Shown: positions 1-8,827 of the stretch, piece after piece
Layout: the number at the start of each line of letters is the position of its first letter
How positions within the stretch are numbered: the first letter of the stretch is position 1
Assembly: GCA_017475725.1 (NCBI GenBank)
Contig: JAFVFA010000052.1
Location: 1 to 37,094 of the forward strand
DNA length: 37,094 nucleotides
Direction: 5' to 3'
DNA from: Spirochaetales bacterium
GTDB lineage: Bacteria; Spirochaetota; Spirochaetia; Sphaerochaetales; Sphaerochaetaceae
The notes under the pieces: model-generated
Told to the model about the DNA's origin: nothing
What the model saw: only the letters and a program-made list of their open reading frames with translations
Database searches by the model: none
Translations under genes and position numbers: made by a program

Positions 1-2
1 CA

Positions 3-1205
3 AGATGTCTGGACAAGGATTTCGGCGGTTATCTGAACTGTTTTGACAACAAGGGACAGAACCTTGTCAGCCATGACAAGTACACATGGAGCCAGGGCAG
101 GTTCCTCTGGATGTTCTCCAGGCTTGCAAGCACCAAGGCACCCCTTTTCACAGAGGAGGAGAGGCAGGGATTCCTTGATCTGGCGGCCTCCGGATACCAT
201 TTCCTGAAGGAGCATTGCCTGATGGGCAAGGATGACTGGAGGTGCGTCTTCCTGATGGAGCGGGATGGAAGCCCAAAGAAGGTCGGTGACTATGGGACTC
301 TGGACATGAGCATCTATGCCGACTGCTTTGTTGTGATCGGCATGGCAGCCTATTCGATAGCCTCAAACAACAGAAATGCCTATGATTTCGGCAAGAGACT
401 CTACTTATCGGTCACTGAAAGGGTCCATAGCGGGACTTTCAACACGCTCCCGTACCCGCTTGACCCGAAATATCGGGCCCATGGAATCCCGATGATCCTG
501 ACCAATGTGGCAAAGGAGCTCTATGAGGCGGCAGAGAAGTTCGACACCAGCTTCTCCGCAAGCCTTCTGAACGATATGGACATGACTGCCAGAGACGTTG
601 TGAAGAACTTCATGGACAGGGGAAACGTGATCCATGAGGTCATCTCCAGGGACAACAGGCCGGTCGAGGGGCTTCTGGGTCAGCACATGAACCCTGGGCA
701 CTCCATAGAGGACTCCTGGTTCATACATGATGCAGCCGCAATGCTGAACATGCCTGACATGGACAAGGCCGCTGCGAAGATAATGAGGACAGCGTTCTGG
801 AAAGGCTGGGACGAGAGGTACGGAGGCATTCTGCACTTCGTGAATCTGGATGGGGACCCGCTGACCTTCGAGAGCGACAGCGATGAGCCGACTGTCACGC
901 TTGTGAAGGGCGGTTGGGGCGACAAGCTCTGGTGGGTTCATTCCGAGACTCTCTACGCATCGCTTCTGTTCCATCTGACAACAGGGGACGAGGAGTTCAT
1001 GGACATCCACAACATAGCCTTCGAGTATGTGTTCAGCCATTTTCCGAACCATGCCCCTGAGGGTGAGTGGATCCAGATTCTGACAAGGGAAGGAGAGCCC
1101 CAGGAGAAGGTGGTGGCCCTTCCTGTCAAGGATCCGTTCCACATTACGAGGAATCTGCTGCTCATCTGCGAGCTTCTCCACTCCAAGATGGAAAACATCG
1201 ACTGA
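3..1205 (+). CDS. AGE-superfamily (N-acylglucosamine 2-epimerase-like) epimerase/isomerase, 5'-truncated by the window edge
   Basis: The frame stays open from nt 3 (RCLDKDFGGYLNCFDNKGQNLVSHDKYTWSQGRFLWMFS...), upstream of the first Met listed in the track (111). The DxxxGG[FY]...KxxWxQxRxxWxF signature, plus the later GHSIEDSWF and WWVHSETLYA motifs, is typical of the alpha/alpha-barrel AGE family (GlcNAc 2-epimerase, cellobiose 2-epimerase, YihS-like isomerases). The substrate cannot be assigned. Confidence 0.85.
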   Translation, partial: RCLDKDFGGYLNCFDNKGQNLVSHDKYTWSQGRFLWMFSRLASTKAPLFTEEERQGFLDLAASGYHFLKEHCLMGKDDWRCVFLMERDGSPKKVGDYGTLDMSIYADCFVVIGMAAYSIASNNRNAYDFGKRLYLSVTERVHSGTFNTLPYPLDPKYRAHGIPMILTNVAKELYEAAEKFDTSFSASLLNDMDMTARDVVKNFMDRGNVIHEVISRDNRPVEGLLGQHMNPGHSIEDSWFIHDAAAMLNMPDMDKAAAKIMRTAFWKGWDERYGGILHFVNLDGDPLTFESDSDEPTVTLVKGGWGDKLWWVHSETLYASLLFHLTTGDEEFMDIHNIAFEYVFSHFPNHAPEGEWIQILTREGEPQEKVVALPVKDPFHITRNLLLICELLHSKMENID

Positions 1206-1223
1206 AAGAGGTAGAATAGGGCC

Positions 1224-2069
1224 ATGTTCAAGAAAGAAGACATCAAGGTAATCACAATAGATTTCGACGGAACCATCCTGCAGAGTGACAAGATGTGGCT
1301 CAGCCCACGCAACCACCATGCGCTGAAGGAGCTCCAGAAGAGGGGGATCCACTGCATCCCGTGCACGGGCCGCTCAGCTGACATGTTCCCGCCCCAGTTC
1401 GAGGACGGGTCATTCAGGTACTGGTTCACCTGCTTCGGCGCAAGGATCCTTGACACCCTGACCGGCGAGGTGATCCACAAGCATTCGTTCACCCCTGAGC
1501 AGAGCGCTGAGGTCTGCAGGATCTTCGAGGGCAAGGGCATCTACTGCGAGGTCGCAGCTGAAGGCAGGCTTCTGTTCGAGAAGGATGTCATGGACAATCT
1601 CTGGAAGTACCCTGTGCCGGGCCACCATGTCTGGTACATGTACACATCGGGCAGACCTGTGACCGTCTACGGCAAGCTCTCCGACTTCTTCCTTTCGCAG
1701 AACATAGGGGCCGAGAAGTTCAACCTCTACGGAATCCCGAAGGAGGAGTTCGACGGCATGCTGGAGAAGTGCAGGAGCTTCGACTTTGCAGGCATCTCGC
1801 TCTCTGAGCCGGTGGGCATCCAGATCTCGGACAAGCCGGATCTCAGAGTGCCCTCAATGGAGATCCTTCTCAGACATCTGGGCTGCACGTGGGACAACGT
1901 GATGAGCATAGGCGACAGCATGCCTCTGGACGGGCTCATGATAAGGAACGCCGCCTTCGGTGTGACCCTTGAGAACGCATCCGATGAGATGAAGGCCATT
2001 GCGGACTATGTGACCGACCGCTACGACGAGGACGGCTTCGCCAAGGTGGTGGAGAAGTTCCTGCTGTAA
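1224..2069 (+). CDS. Cof-type HAD-IIB family hydrolase (sugar-phosphate phosphatase-like)
   Basis: HAD motif I is present (ITIDFDGTIL). A C-terminal GDSMPLDGLMIRNAAFGVTLENASDEMKAIADYV block matches the Cof/YbiV GDxxND...N(A)...K pattern. The gene starts 18 nt after the upstream stop. Confidence 0.85.
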   Translation: MFKKEDIKVITIDFDGTILQSDKMWLSPRNHHALKELQKRGIHCIPCTGRSADMFPPQFEDGSFRYWFTCFGARILDTLTGEVIHKHSFTPEQSAEVCRIFEGKGIYCEVAAEGRLLFEKDVMDNLWKYPVPGHHVWYMYTSGRPVTVYGKLSDFFLSQNIGAEKFNLYGIPKEEFDGMLEKCRSFDFAGISLSEPVGIQISDKPDLRVPSMEILLRHLGCTWDNVMSIGDSMPLDGLMIRNAAFGVTLENASDEMKAIADYVTDRYDEDGFAKVVEKFLL

Positions 2070-2191
2070 TTGCTTGAGAGGATATGCTTCTGACTGAATA
2101 TAACGAGAAGTCAATGGCAACCGTGTATAATTGAGGTTGTATAATAGTCTAATTTTGCTGTTAGTGCTATTATTATTGCATAATAGTGCAA

Positions 2192-2515
2192 TTATAGGGT
2201 GTTAATTCGATTCCGGAGTTTCTCAATGGAACTCTGGAATTCGTTCAGTGAATCCACTATTGCTGACTTCAGCTCTGTGTCGATATGCTCATCATGTGCT
2301 TCGTTATTGCAGAAAAGCAAATACACGGGAACATTCAATGCCTGTGACAGCGATTCCAGCACTTCCGATGAAGGGAATGACTTTCCGCACTCGACATAGC
2401 TTATGTATCTGAAGCTCACATCAACCATCTCTGCGAGCTGTGATTGAGAGAGGCCTCTTTGCAGCCTCAAATTCTTTATGTTTCTCCCAAGAATGGTCTT
2501 AATGCTCTCTGCCAT
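2192..2515 (-). CDS. XRE-family helix-turn-helix transcriptional regulator
   Basis: The N-terminus ILGRNIKNLRLQRGLSQSQLAEMVDVSFRYISYVECGKSFPSSEVLESLSQAL is a classic Cro/C1 HTH_3 domain. The gene is divergent from the giant lipoprotein operon. Confidence 0.85.
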   Translation of the reverse strand: MAESIKTILGRNIKNLRLQRGLSQSQLAEMVDVSFRYISYVECGKSFPSSEVLESLSQALNVPVYLLFCNNEAHDEHIDTELKSAIVDSLNEFQSSIEKLRNRINTL

Positions 2516-2602
2516 GGCCTAATTATATGAAACCAAGCCAAAGCCACATATGAAATATAAGACTCAATAAAGGAAATTTTTTTTCTAAAAAATGAAATTT
2601 TA

Positions 2603-2632
2603 TTTACAATATAGTAACGCGCAGGTTAGAAT
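2603..2632 (+). promoter_or_regulatory. Putative sigma70-type promoter for the 2688-17892 operon
   Basis: TTTACA (2603-2608) is followed by an 18-nt spacer and TAGAAT (2627-2632) in the AT-rich 172-nt divergent intergenic region. The element lies about 55 nt upstream of the ATG at 2688 (GAGGGG RBS). The nearby AT-only inverted repeat ATTTTTT/AAAAAAT (2576-2593) could be an operator. This is a sequence-pattern call only. Confidence 0.3.
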
Positions 2633-2687
2633 TCTCTAGGTTATGCTGCATTGGGTTTCACACACCGCATAACTTGAGGGGAACTGT

Positions 2688-5600
2688 ATGAAGAAAGCTC
2701 TACGTCTGTCTGCTCTTTTGCTCATCTGCATTTTTGCGTTTGTCTCGTGTACACAGGATCCTGTATCTGTGACAATAACTCCTACAATCCGCGGAAAGGT
2801 GTCGATTCCATCGGGAGCGAACGTTAAAGGCAGTGATTTCTATATCCGCATCATGGAAGGGGAGAATGCGGTATACACAGGCAAGGTCAAAGAGGATGGT
2901 TCATTCGCTGTCGAGGGATTGGACGAGTCCAAGACGTACAGCATTCTTCTTTCAACGGAGGAACTGGGCGAGGTCAATACGAGTGCCAGAGATGTTTCAA
3001 GGGCTGCAAGCACCAGCGGTTATGGTGGATGGCTCAAGAATGTCACAGCTTCAGTGAACGAGCAGGCTGGAGTCGGATCCATAAAGGTGAAACCGCTTGG
3101 AACCATAAAGGGTGTGGTCAAGAGGTCAGGAGAGGAGGAGCACTCTGACATCATGGTCTACATTCCCGGAACATCCTATATGGCTGTCACCGATTCGAAT
3201 GGAAACTACAGCATCTTCAATGTCCCCCAGTCAAGCTCAACCTATAACCTCAGATGCATCTCCGTCACCGGGGACTGGCTTCCAGAGGTGATCACAGGTG
3301 TTCTTCTCTATTCTGACAGCGACACAGAGAATCCTGTGAAGACGGTTCAGGAAAAGTCCATTGTCAAGAATGCAGGTAATCTTCTCGGAACAATCACCAA
3401 GACGGCAGCAACGGATAACAGCAACATAACAGTTCTGATCCAGAACGATGAGTTCTCTGAAACAGGGACAACAGCTGCGGACGGTAGCCTGAAGATAACC
3501 GGAATCTTGCCGGGAACATACAAAGTGACAATCAGCTCCACCGGGTTCGTCACACAGACAATCGATGATGTTGTCATCAGGGCAGCCAAAGACACTTCCA
3601 TAGGAGAGAAGGTCCTGATAGCAAATGGTGGTGATATAATTGGAACTGTCTCAATCAATGATGGGTCTTCTAGCATTGGCTCGCTGATTACTGTCACAAG
3701 TCAGGATAAGAAGTATTCGTATACTACTCAGGCAAGTGCCGATGGTTCTTTTGTTATTCCTAATGCCTACGGCGCGATATATGACATAACAATTTCAAAG
3801 ACAGGATATGCAGAAGTGATTCAGCACAACATTCTGGTTTCTGCTGGTCAGGTTACTGCGTTGGGATTGATAGAGCTTTCTTCCTCATATGGCACAGTGT
3901 CTGGCAGAGTAACGGACACCAAGGGCAACCCGCTTGAGAATGCCATTGTGAAGATCGGCAACTTGAGTGTGTTCACGGGAGTGGACGGCATGTTCACGAA
4001 AACTGGTGTGCCTGTAGGAAACTGTGATGTGTCGGTGAGCATGGAGGGGTACTCCACGCAGAACCTTGCACAGATGATCACGGTTGAATCCTCCAGGACC
4101 ACTGGTATAGGTACTGTCAGGCTCGCATCCGTCTACGGATCGGTCACTGGAACAGTCACGGTCAATGACGGGAAATCGGTTGAGAATATCAGTGTCTCTG
4201 CAACCTCTGCAGATGGTGCCAGTATCCAAGTGAAGACCATCGGTGATGGTTCTTATCACATTCAGGGCTTGGTTCCAGGTTCATATACTGTCTCTGCAAA
4301 TGCTGATGGTTATACTGGATCAAGTAGGACTGTGGCAGTATCCGCAGACAACAATGTGGAAATAGATGTTCTTTCCTTGTATAGCAAGTATGGAAAGCTG
4401 AGCGGTAGAGTCGTCGATTCAAATGGAAACCCTCTGAGCGGAGTCTCCATCATGATCGGAGATTTGGAAGCAGTTGTAACCAAAGCAGACGGAACATTCA
4501 TCAAGGATTTGCTTCCTGTCGGATTATACTCAATTTCAATCACGAAGGAAAGTTTTGTTGACGAACTTCTAGAGAACATCGAGGTCCAGTCTTTCATAGA
4601 AACACATCTAACAGATGATGTTGTTATGACTCCAAAGATGGGCACGATAGCGGGCAGAGTCAGAATTGACGGCGAATCAGATTTTTCAGGAATAAAGGTT
4701 ACTGTTTCATCAAGTGGAGAAGGAAAGGACTATTCTGCCTTTACAGAGGCAGATGGATCTTTCTCTATTTCTGCACTCCCTGGAAACTATAACCTGATTG
4801 AGTTCTCTCATCCATGCTGCAATGTCCAATATTATTTGGACAATGTTGCTTTGTTTGCAAATGGAAGAGTTGAAGTTAAACCACAGGGATTGAATTCAAC
4901 GGAGTATCAGATTGCGTTGAGCCACAACTATGGAATTCTTTACAACGAGTCAAAGTCTTCCTCTTGTACGGAGCAAGGATACAATAAACTCCGATGTTGG
5001 GATTGTGGCAAAGAAATCACAGAGTATTTGGATATTTTGGAACATGAATTCTCTTTGGTTGACCACCTTGATCCAACCTGTACTGAAGAAGGTTGGAGAA
5101 AATACGAATGCTCATCATGTGGACAGGAGTTCACAGAGATTGATCAAGCTCTTGGCCATGATTGGAACAAGCCGGTCATCATTGAAGCTGCCACCTGTCA
5201 TTCAACAGGATTGCAGCAAGTCACCTGTAAGACTTGTGGTGAGACGGAGAACCAGACCATTGCGATGCTTCCGCACTCATGGGTGGACAATGGATACCAC
5301 GATGGGAAGATCGAGTACGTCTGCTCTGTCTGTGACGAGGTTGAATATGCAGATGACTCCACCGCTATTCTGAACATCAGTGACTGGGGTTCAGTGTCAT
5401 TGAAACCATCTGTGGACCCGAGTTCGGTCAAGACTCTGATTATACCGTCAGAGATAAACGGAATGACGGTAACGTCTGTATTCGAGCATACTTTCCAGGA
5501 TTGCGTTAATATCACTAAGATTGTCCTCCCTGAAACTCTCACCTCCATTGAGAGTTGGGCGTTCGCAGGGTGTATCGGAATAACCGAGATAGATTTGCCG

Positions 5601-8600
5601 GCATCTCTCACGAGAATTGGAGATCAGGCATTCCGAGGATGCACATCTCTGAAATCAATTGTTATTCCAGATGGAATTGAAAAGATTGAATACTCAACAT
5701 TCTATAATTGCGAATCACTAGTTTCCGTGACTCTTCCAGATTCTGTGACTTATCTTGATCGGGAGTGCTTTGTCGGATGTGGATTTGACAGATTCCAGAT
5801 TCCGGAGACTGTTGACACATTAAGCTGTTATGTTTTCATGAACTGCAAAAACCTCAAGGAGATTCTCATTCCCAAGAGTGTGAAGTATGTTGATGACAGA
5901 CCGTTCTGGGATTGTACCTCCTTGCAGAAAATCTATGTTCAGTCACAGACCCAGCCAAGTGGATGGATAACATCCTGGCATGATTGTTGTGATGCTCAGA
6001 TAGTTTGGGGCTACACAGGAGAACTGCATTATACCCATACTGAATCAACGGAATGGAAGACAAGCTCCACATATCACTGGCATGAGTGTACGGAATGCGG
6101 AGAGGTCATGAGCATGGCCAAGCACACCTACCAAAGCGAGGTCACTGCTCAGCCAACCTGTACTGAAGCAGGAACAATGACCTATACATGTTCCGAATGC
6201 GGATGGAGCTACACCGAAACCATTCCAGCCCTTGGACATGACTATCATTCGGAGATAACAAAGCAGGCGACATGTACGGAAAAGGGAGAACTCAAGTATT
6301 CCTGCAGCCGTTGTGACAGCACATACACTGAGGAGATCGTCTCGCACCACGAATATGAGGAAGTGGTAACCACTGCTGCCACCTGTACCACGGATGGTCT
6401 GAAGACTCTGACATGCTCAATCTGCAGTGACAGCAAGACCGAAGTGATTCCTGCAACAGGACACTCCTACAAGGAAACCGTTGTTCCTGCAACCTGTACA
6501 GATGACGGAACAAAGATCTACAAATGCGAGCACTGTGAGGACGCCTATGAGGAAGTGATCCCTGCAATTGGTCATAACTATGTAGCATCCATCACCAAGC
6601 AGGCAACCTGTGAAGAGGATGGAATCAAGACATTCACATGCTCAAGATGCAGTGATTCCTACACAGAGACAATCAATGCCTATGGTCACTATTTCACAAC
6701 TTCTACAATAGTTCAGGCAGCAACATGCCATGAGGCAGGAATCAAGTCCTCCAAGTGCTTCAGATGTGGCAAGACCGTTACAGAGGAGATCCCAAAGCTC
6801 GAGCACAATCCAGTCTTTGCAGCCGATGAGTCAAACCACTGGACGCAGTGCAGTCTCTGTGGAGAAATCCTTGTTTCCAAGGCGGCCCACAACTATATCG
6901 AGACTGAAGGTGACTTCGTCTGTGCAGACTGCGGTTATTCTGAATCATCTCTCTACTACCAGGTGGATGACAACGGAATTCTGACTCCAAAGGACAAATC
7001 GGTTCTTCCATCAGTGGTTAGAATCCCATCTAACATCAATGGAAAAGCTGTAACGGCCATAGGTGATGATGCTTTCAGGGATTGCACCAACATAACAACG
7101 CTTTATATCTCGGAAGGCATCAAGAAGGTTGGTGCAAATGCATTCTGGTACTGCACAAACATAACATCGATCTCTCTACCAAGCACATTAAGTGAAATTG
7201 GGGATAGTTCGTTCAGGGGCTTGGAGAAACTTAAGGATCTGGTTGTTCCGGGAAGCCTCCGGTATCTCCCCTCACAATCATTTAGTCTGTGCCATGATCT
7301 TCAGTCAATTATCATCGAAGATGGTGTTGAGCGAATCGGTCCGTATGCATTGGAAGAGGTTTTCAACAACAAACTTGATTATGTCGAGATTCCTAGAAGT
7401 GTAACCACTATTGAAGGCTATGCATTCCGGCAGTGTTACATTGACGAGATTAACTATGCGGGAACAATTGCTGATTGGAACAACATTACGATTGATCAGC
7501 GCTGGATGCATCTAAGCACAATTGAACGAATAGTCTGTGCTGATGGAATTATAGTAATTGGCGATTATGATGTAACTGCTGATGGAGAATTCTATGTTAT
7601 AAAAAAAGATATGATCCCTTCACATTTTGAAATTCCTTCTGTAATTAATGGTATAAAAGTAACAAAACTGGCCGACAGTGCTTTTGATGATTGCCAAACC
7701 ATTGAGTCCGTTGTTATTCCCGAAGGAGTTGTTTCAATAGAAGCATGGGGATTTTATAATTGTCAGAATCTAAAGGAGATATCATTTCCTTCAACTATGA
7801 AAAACATCGGCCATTATGCGCTTATGGGTACTCAGATTGAGACATTGTACCTGCCTAATGGGAATCTTGGAAATGCTATTGCCTGTTGCAATTCTGTCAA
7901 ATCCATAACAATCTCCAACGAATCATCTTCTGCGCCTATTGTAGGAAGTTGCAGAAATCTTGAGGAATTGGTTTTTCTTGGAACTATGAGTGAATGGAAC
8001 CGACTTCCAAAAGAAGGAGGCTGGTGTGAAAAGACATTACTGAAGAAAGTTTCATGTCTTGATGGTGATGTCGAAATACCAAACATTTACATTAACAATA
8101 GCACCCTGTTCTGTAATAATACTTCAGCATTATTATCCGAAGTAGAAATACCTGCTTCATTTGATGGAAGCGCTGTGAAAAAAATATCCGATAACATGTT
8201 CCGTGGTGACACTCACATTGTTTCAGTCGTTATTCCTGAAGGAGTAAAGGAAATCGGAGCCTCGTGTTTTAGGGAGTGTTCAAATCTTGTATCTGTTTCA
8301 CTACCATCAACAATAACAACAATCGGTTCCGAGGCTTTTCAATATTGTGAAAAGCTCGAATCGGTAAAGATTCCTTCTGGGGTAACCAAGATTGAACCGG
8401 ATACATTCTCGCGATGTTACTCGTTATCAGAAGTTGTAATACCAAACACCGTTACGACTATTGGGTATGGCGCTTTTCATAGTTGTCCCATGAAGTCCAT
8501 TGAGATTCCTGATTCGGTAACTTCTATTGGATGGGTTGCTTTTTACGATTCAAAGCTAACTTCATTGGTTATTCCAGACAGCGTCAGATACATTGATAGC

Positions 8601-8816
8601 GAAGCTTTTGCCAATTCAAGTCTGCTGGAATCAGCTGTTATATCAGGTAATCTCTCATCAATCCCCAATAAGCTGTTTGAGAACTGCACGAATCTGAGCT
8701 TAATCATGTTCAACGGGACCGTTGCCAAATGGAATTCTCTTAACAAGGGAAGCGGATGGAATGAAGGTGTTCCAGCAACAAAGGTTGTCTGTCTTGATGG
8801 TGAAGTGAATCTGTAA
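2688..8816 (+). CDS. Giant modular surface lipoprotein (2042 aa): CarboxypepD_reg-like beta-sandwich repeats + Cys-rich repeats + BspA-type leucine-rich repeats
   Basis: One uninterrupted 6.1 kb ORF. The signal peptide carries a lipobox (LLLICIFAFVSC). The repeat modules are described in the sub-features below. Confidence 0.9.
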   Translation: MKKALRLSALLLICIFAFVSCTQDPVSVTITPTIRGKVSIPSGANVKGSDFYIRIMEGENAVYTGKVKEDGSFAVEGLDESKTYSILLSTEELGEVNTSARDVSRAASTSGYGGWLKNVTASVNEQAGVGSIKVKPLGTIKGVVKRSGEEEHSDIMVYIPGTSYMAVTDSNGNYSIFNVPQSSSTYNLRCISVTGDWLPEVITGVLLYSDSDTENPVKTVQEKSIVKNAGNLLGTITKTAATDNSNITVLIQNDEFSETGTTAADGSLKITGILPGTYKVTISSTGFVTQTIDDVVIRAAKDTSIGEKVLIANGGDIIGTVSINDGSSSIGSLITVTSQDKKYSYTTQASADGSFVIPNAYGAIYDITISKTGYAEVIQHNILVSAGQVTALGLIELSSSYGTVSGRVTDTKGNPLENAIVKIGNLSVFTGVDGMFTKTGVPVGNCDVSVSMEGYSTQNLAQMITVESSRTTGIGTVRLASVYGSVTGTVTVNDGKSVENISVSATSADGASIQVKTIGDGSYHIQGLVPGSYTVSANADGYTGSSRTVAVSADNNVEIDVLSLYSKYGKLSGRVVDSNGNPLSGVSIMIGDLEAVVTKADGTFIKDLLPVGLYSISITKESFVDELLENIEVQSFIETHLTDDVVMTPKMGTIAGRVRIDGESDFSGIKVTVSSSGEGKDYSAFTEADGSFSISALPGNYNLIEFSHPCCNVQYYLDNVALFANGRVEVKPQGLNSTEYQIALSHNYGILYNESKSSSCTEQGYNKLRCWDCGKEITEYLDILEHEFSLVDHLDPTCTEEGWRKYECSSCGQEFTEIDQALGHDWNKPVIIEAATCHSTGLQQVTCKTCGETENQTIAMLPHSWVDNGYHDGKIEYVCSVCDEVEYADDSTAILNISDWGSVSLKPSVDPSSVKTLIIPSEINGMTVTSVFEHTFQDCVNITKIVLPETLTSIESWAFAGCIGITEIDLPASLTRIGDQAFRGCTSLKSIVIPDGIEKIEYSTFYNCESLVSVTLPDSVTYLDRECFVGCGFDRFQIPETVDTLSCYVFMNCKNLKEILIPKSVKYVDDRPFWDCTSLQKIYVQSQTQPSGWITSWHDCCDAQIVWGYTGELHYTHTESTEWKTSSTYHWHECTECGEVMSMAKHTYQSEVTAQPTCTEAGTMTYTCSECGWSYTETIPALGHDYHSEITKQATCTEKGELKYSCSRCDSTYTEEIVSHHEYEEVVTTAATCTTDGLKTLTCSICSDSKTEVIPATGHSYKETVVPATCTDDGTKIYKCEHCEDAYEEVIPAIGHNYVASITKQATCEEDGIKTFTCSRCSDSYTETINAYGHYFTTSTIVQAATCHEAGIKSSKCFRCGKTVTEEIPKLEHNPVFAADESNHWTQCSLCGEILVSKAAHNYIETEGDFVCADCGYSESSLYYQVDDNGILTPKDKSVLPSVVRIPSNINGKAVTAIGDDAFRDCTNITTLYISEGIKKVGANAFWYCTNITSISLPSTLSEIGDSSFRGLEKLKDLVVPGSLRYLPSQSFSLCHDLQSIIIEDGVERIGPYALEEVFNNKLDYVEIPRSVTTIEGYAFRQCYIDEINYAGTIADWNNITIDQRWMHLSTIERIVCADGIIVIGDYDVTADGEFYVIKKDMIPSHFEIPSVINGIKVTKLADSAFDDCQTIESVVIPEGVVSIEAWGFYNCQNLKEISFPSTMKNIGHYALMGTQIETLYLPNGNLGNAIACCNSVKSITISNESSSAPIVGSCRNLEELVFLGTMSEWNRLPKEGGWCEKTLLKKVSCLDGDVEIPNIYINNSTLFCNNTSALLSEVEIPASFDGSAVKKISDNMFRGDTHIVSVVIPEGVKEIGASCFRECSNLVSVSLPSTITTIGSEAFQYCEKLESVKIPSGVTKIEPDTFSRCYSLSEVVIPNTVTTIGYGAFHSCPMKSIEIPDSVTSIGWVAFYDSKLTSLVIPDSVRYIDSEAFANSSLLESAVISGNLSSIPNKLFENCTNLSLIMFNGTVAKWNSLNKGSGWNEGVPATKVVCLDGEVNL
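2781..4920 (+). repeat. Array of about ten CarboxypepD_reg/PEGA-like beta-sandwich repeats (protein level) in lipoprotein 1
   Basis: A module of 80-100 aa recurs in the form G(T/S)(V/I)xGxVxxxxGxPLxxxxVxI...TxxDGxFxxxxLxPGxYxLxxSxxGY. One example is YGTVSGRVTDTKGNPLENAIVKIGNLSVFTGVDGMFTKTGVPVGNCDVSVSMEGYS. Confidence 0.7.
4964..5350 (+). repeat. Cys-rich repeat block 1 (3 full copies plus a partial) of a roughly 32-37 aa C-x9-C-x2-C-x12-H module
   Basis: Copies are SCTEQGYNKLRCWDCGKEITEYLDILEHEF, PTCTEEGWRKYECSSCGQEFTEIDQALGHDW and ATCHSTGLQQVTCKTCGETENQTIAMLPHSW, followed by the partial YVCSVCDEVEY. Confidence 0.75.
5427..5945 (+). repeat. BspA-type leucine-rich repeat (LRR_5-like) block A
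   Basis: Units of 23-25 aa recur, e.g. IPSEINGMTVTSVFEHTFQDCVNITKIVLPETLTSIESWAFAGCIGITEIDLPASLTRIGDQAFRGCTSLKSIVIPDGIEKIEYSTFYNCESL. They follow the pattern (I/L)Pxx(V/L)xxIGxxAFxxCxxL. Confidence 0.8.
6025..6940 (+). repeat. Cys-rich repeat block 2 (6 full plus about 3 partial copies) of the C-x9-C-x2-C-x12-H module
   Basis: Full copies are PTCTEAGTMTYTCSECGWSYTETIPALGHDY, ATCTEKGELKYSCSRCDSTYTEEIVSHHEY, ATCTTDGLKTLTCSICSDSKTEVIPATGHSY, ATCTDDGTKIYKCEHCEDAYEEVIPAIGHNY, ATCEEDGIKTFTCSRCSDSYTETINAYGHYF and ATCHEAGIKSSKCFRCGKTVTEEIPKLEHNP. Half-modules flank them (HWHECTECGEVMSMAKHTY, HWTQCSLCGEILVSKAAHNY, FVCADCGY). Confidence 0.8.
7014..8745 (+). repeat. BspA-type LRR blocks B, C and D (about 7014-7490, 7623-8005, 8140-8745), each ending in a '...GT(I/M/V)xxWNxL/I' cap
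   Basis: Three further runs of the (I/L)PxxVxxIGxxAFxxCxxLxx(V/I) unit. Each run is introduced by '(V/F)xIPSxINGxxVTxI' and terminated by a similar cap (YAGTIADWNNI, FLGTMSEWNRL, FNGTVAKWNSL). Confidence 0.8.
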
Positions 8817-8827
8817 GGTCGTAGGAT

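Noticed and set aside
405-1352. 315-aa minus-strand ORF (plus 953-1540 and other small ORFs) overlapping the AGE and HAD genes
   Set aside because: It is antisense shadow of two plus-strand genes that carry clear family motifs. The product is low-complexity, has no recognisable motif, and spans the AGE/HAD gene boundary.
2130-2191. AT-rich imperfect palindrome (TGCTATTATTATTGCATAATAGTGCA) between the convergent HAD and XRE genes as a bidirectional terminator
   Set aside because: The arms are imperfect and almost purely A/T, and there is no clear stem plus U-tract. I could not support a terminator call.
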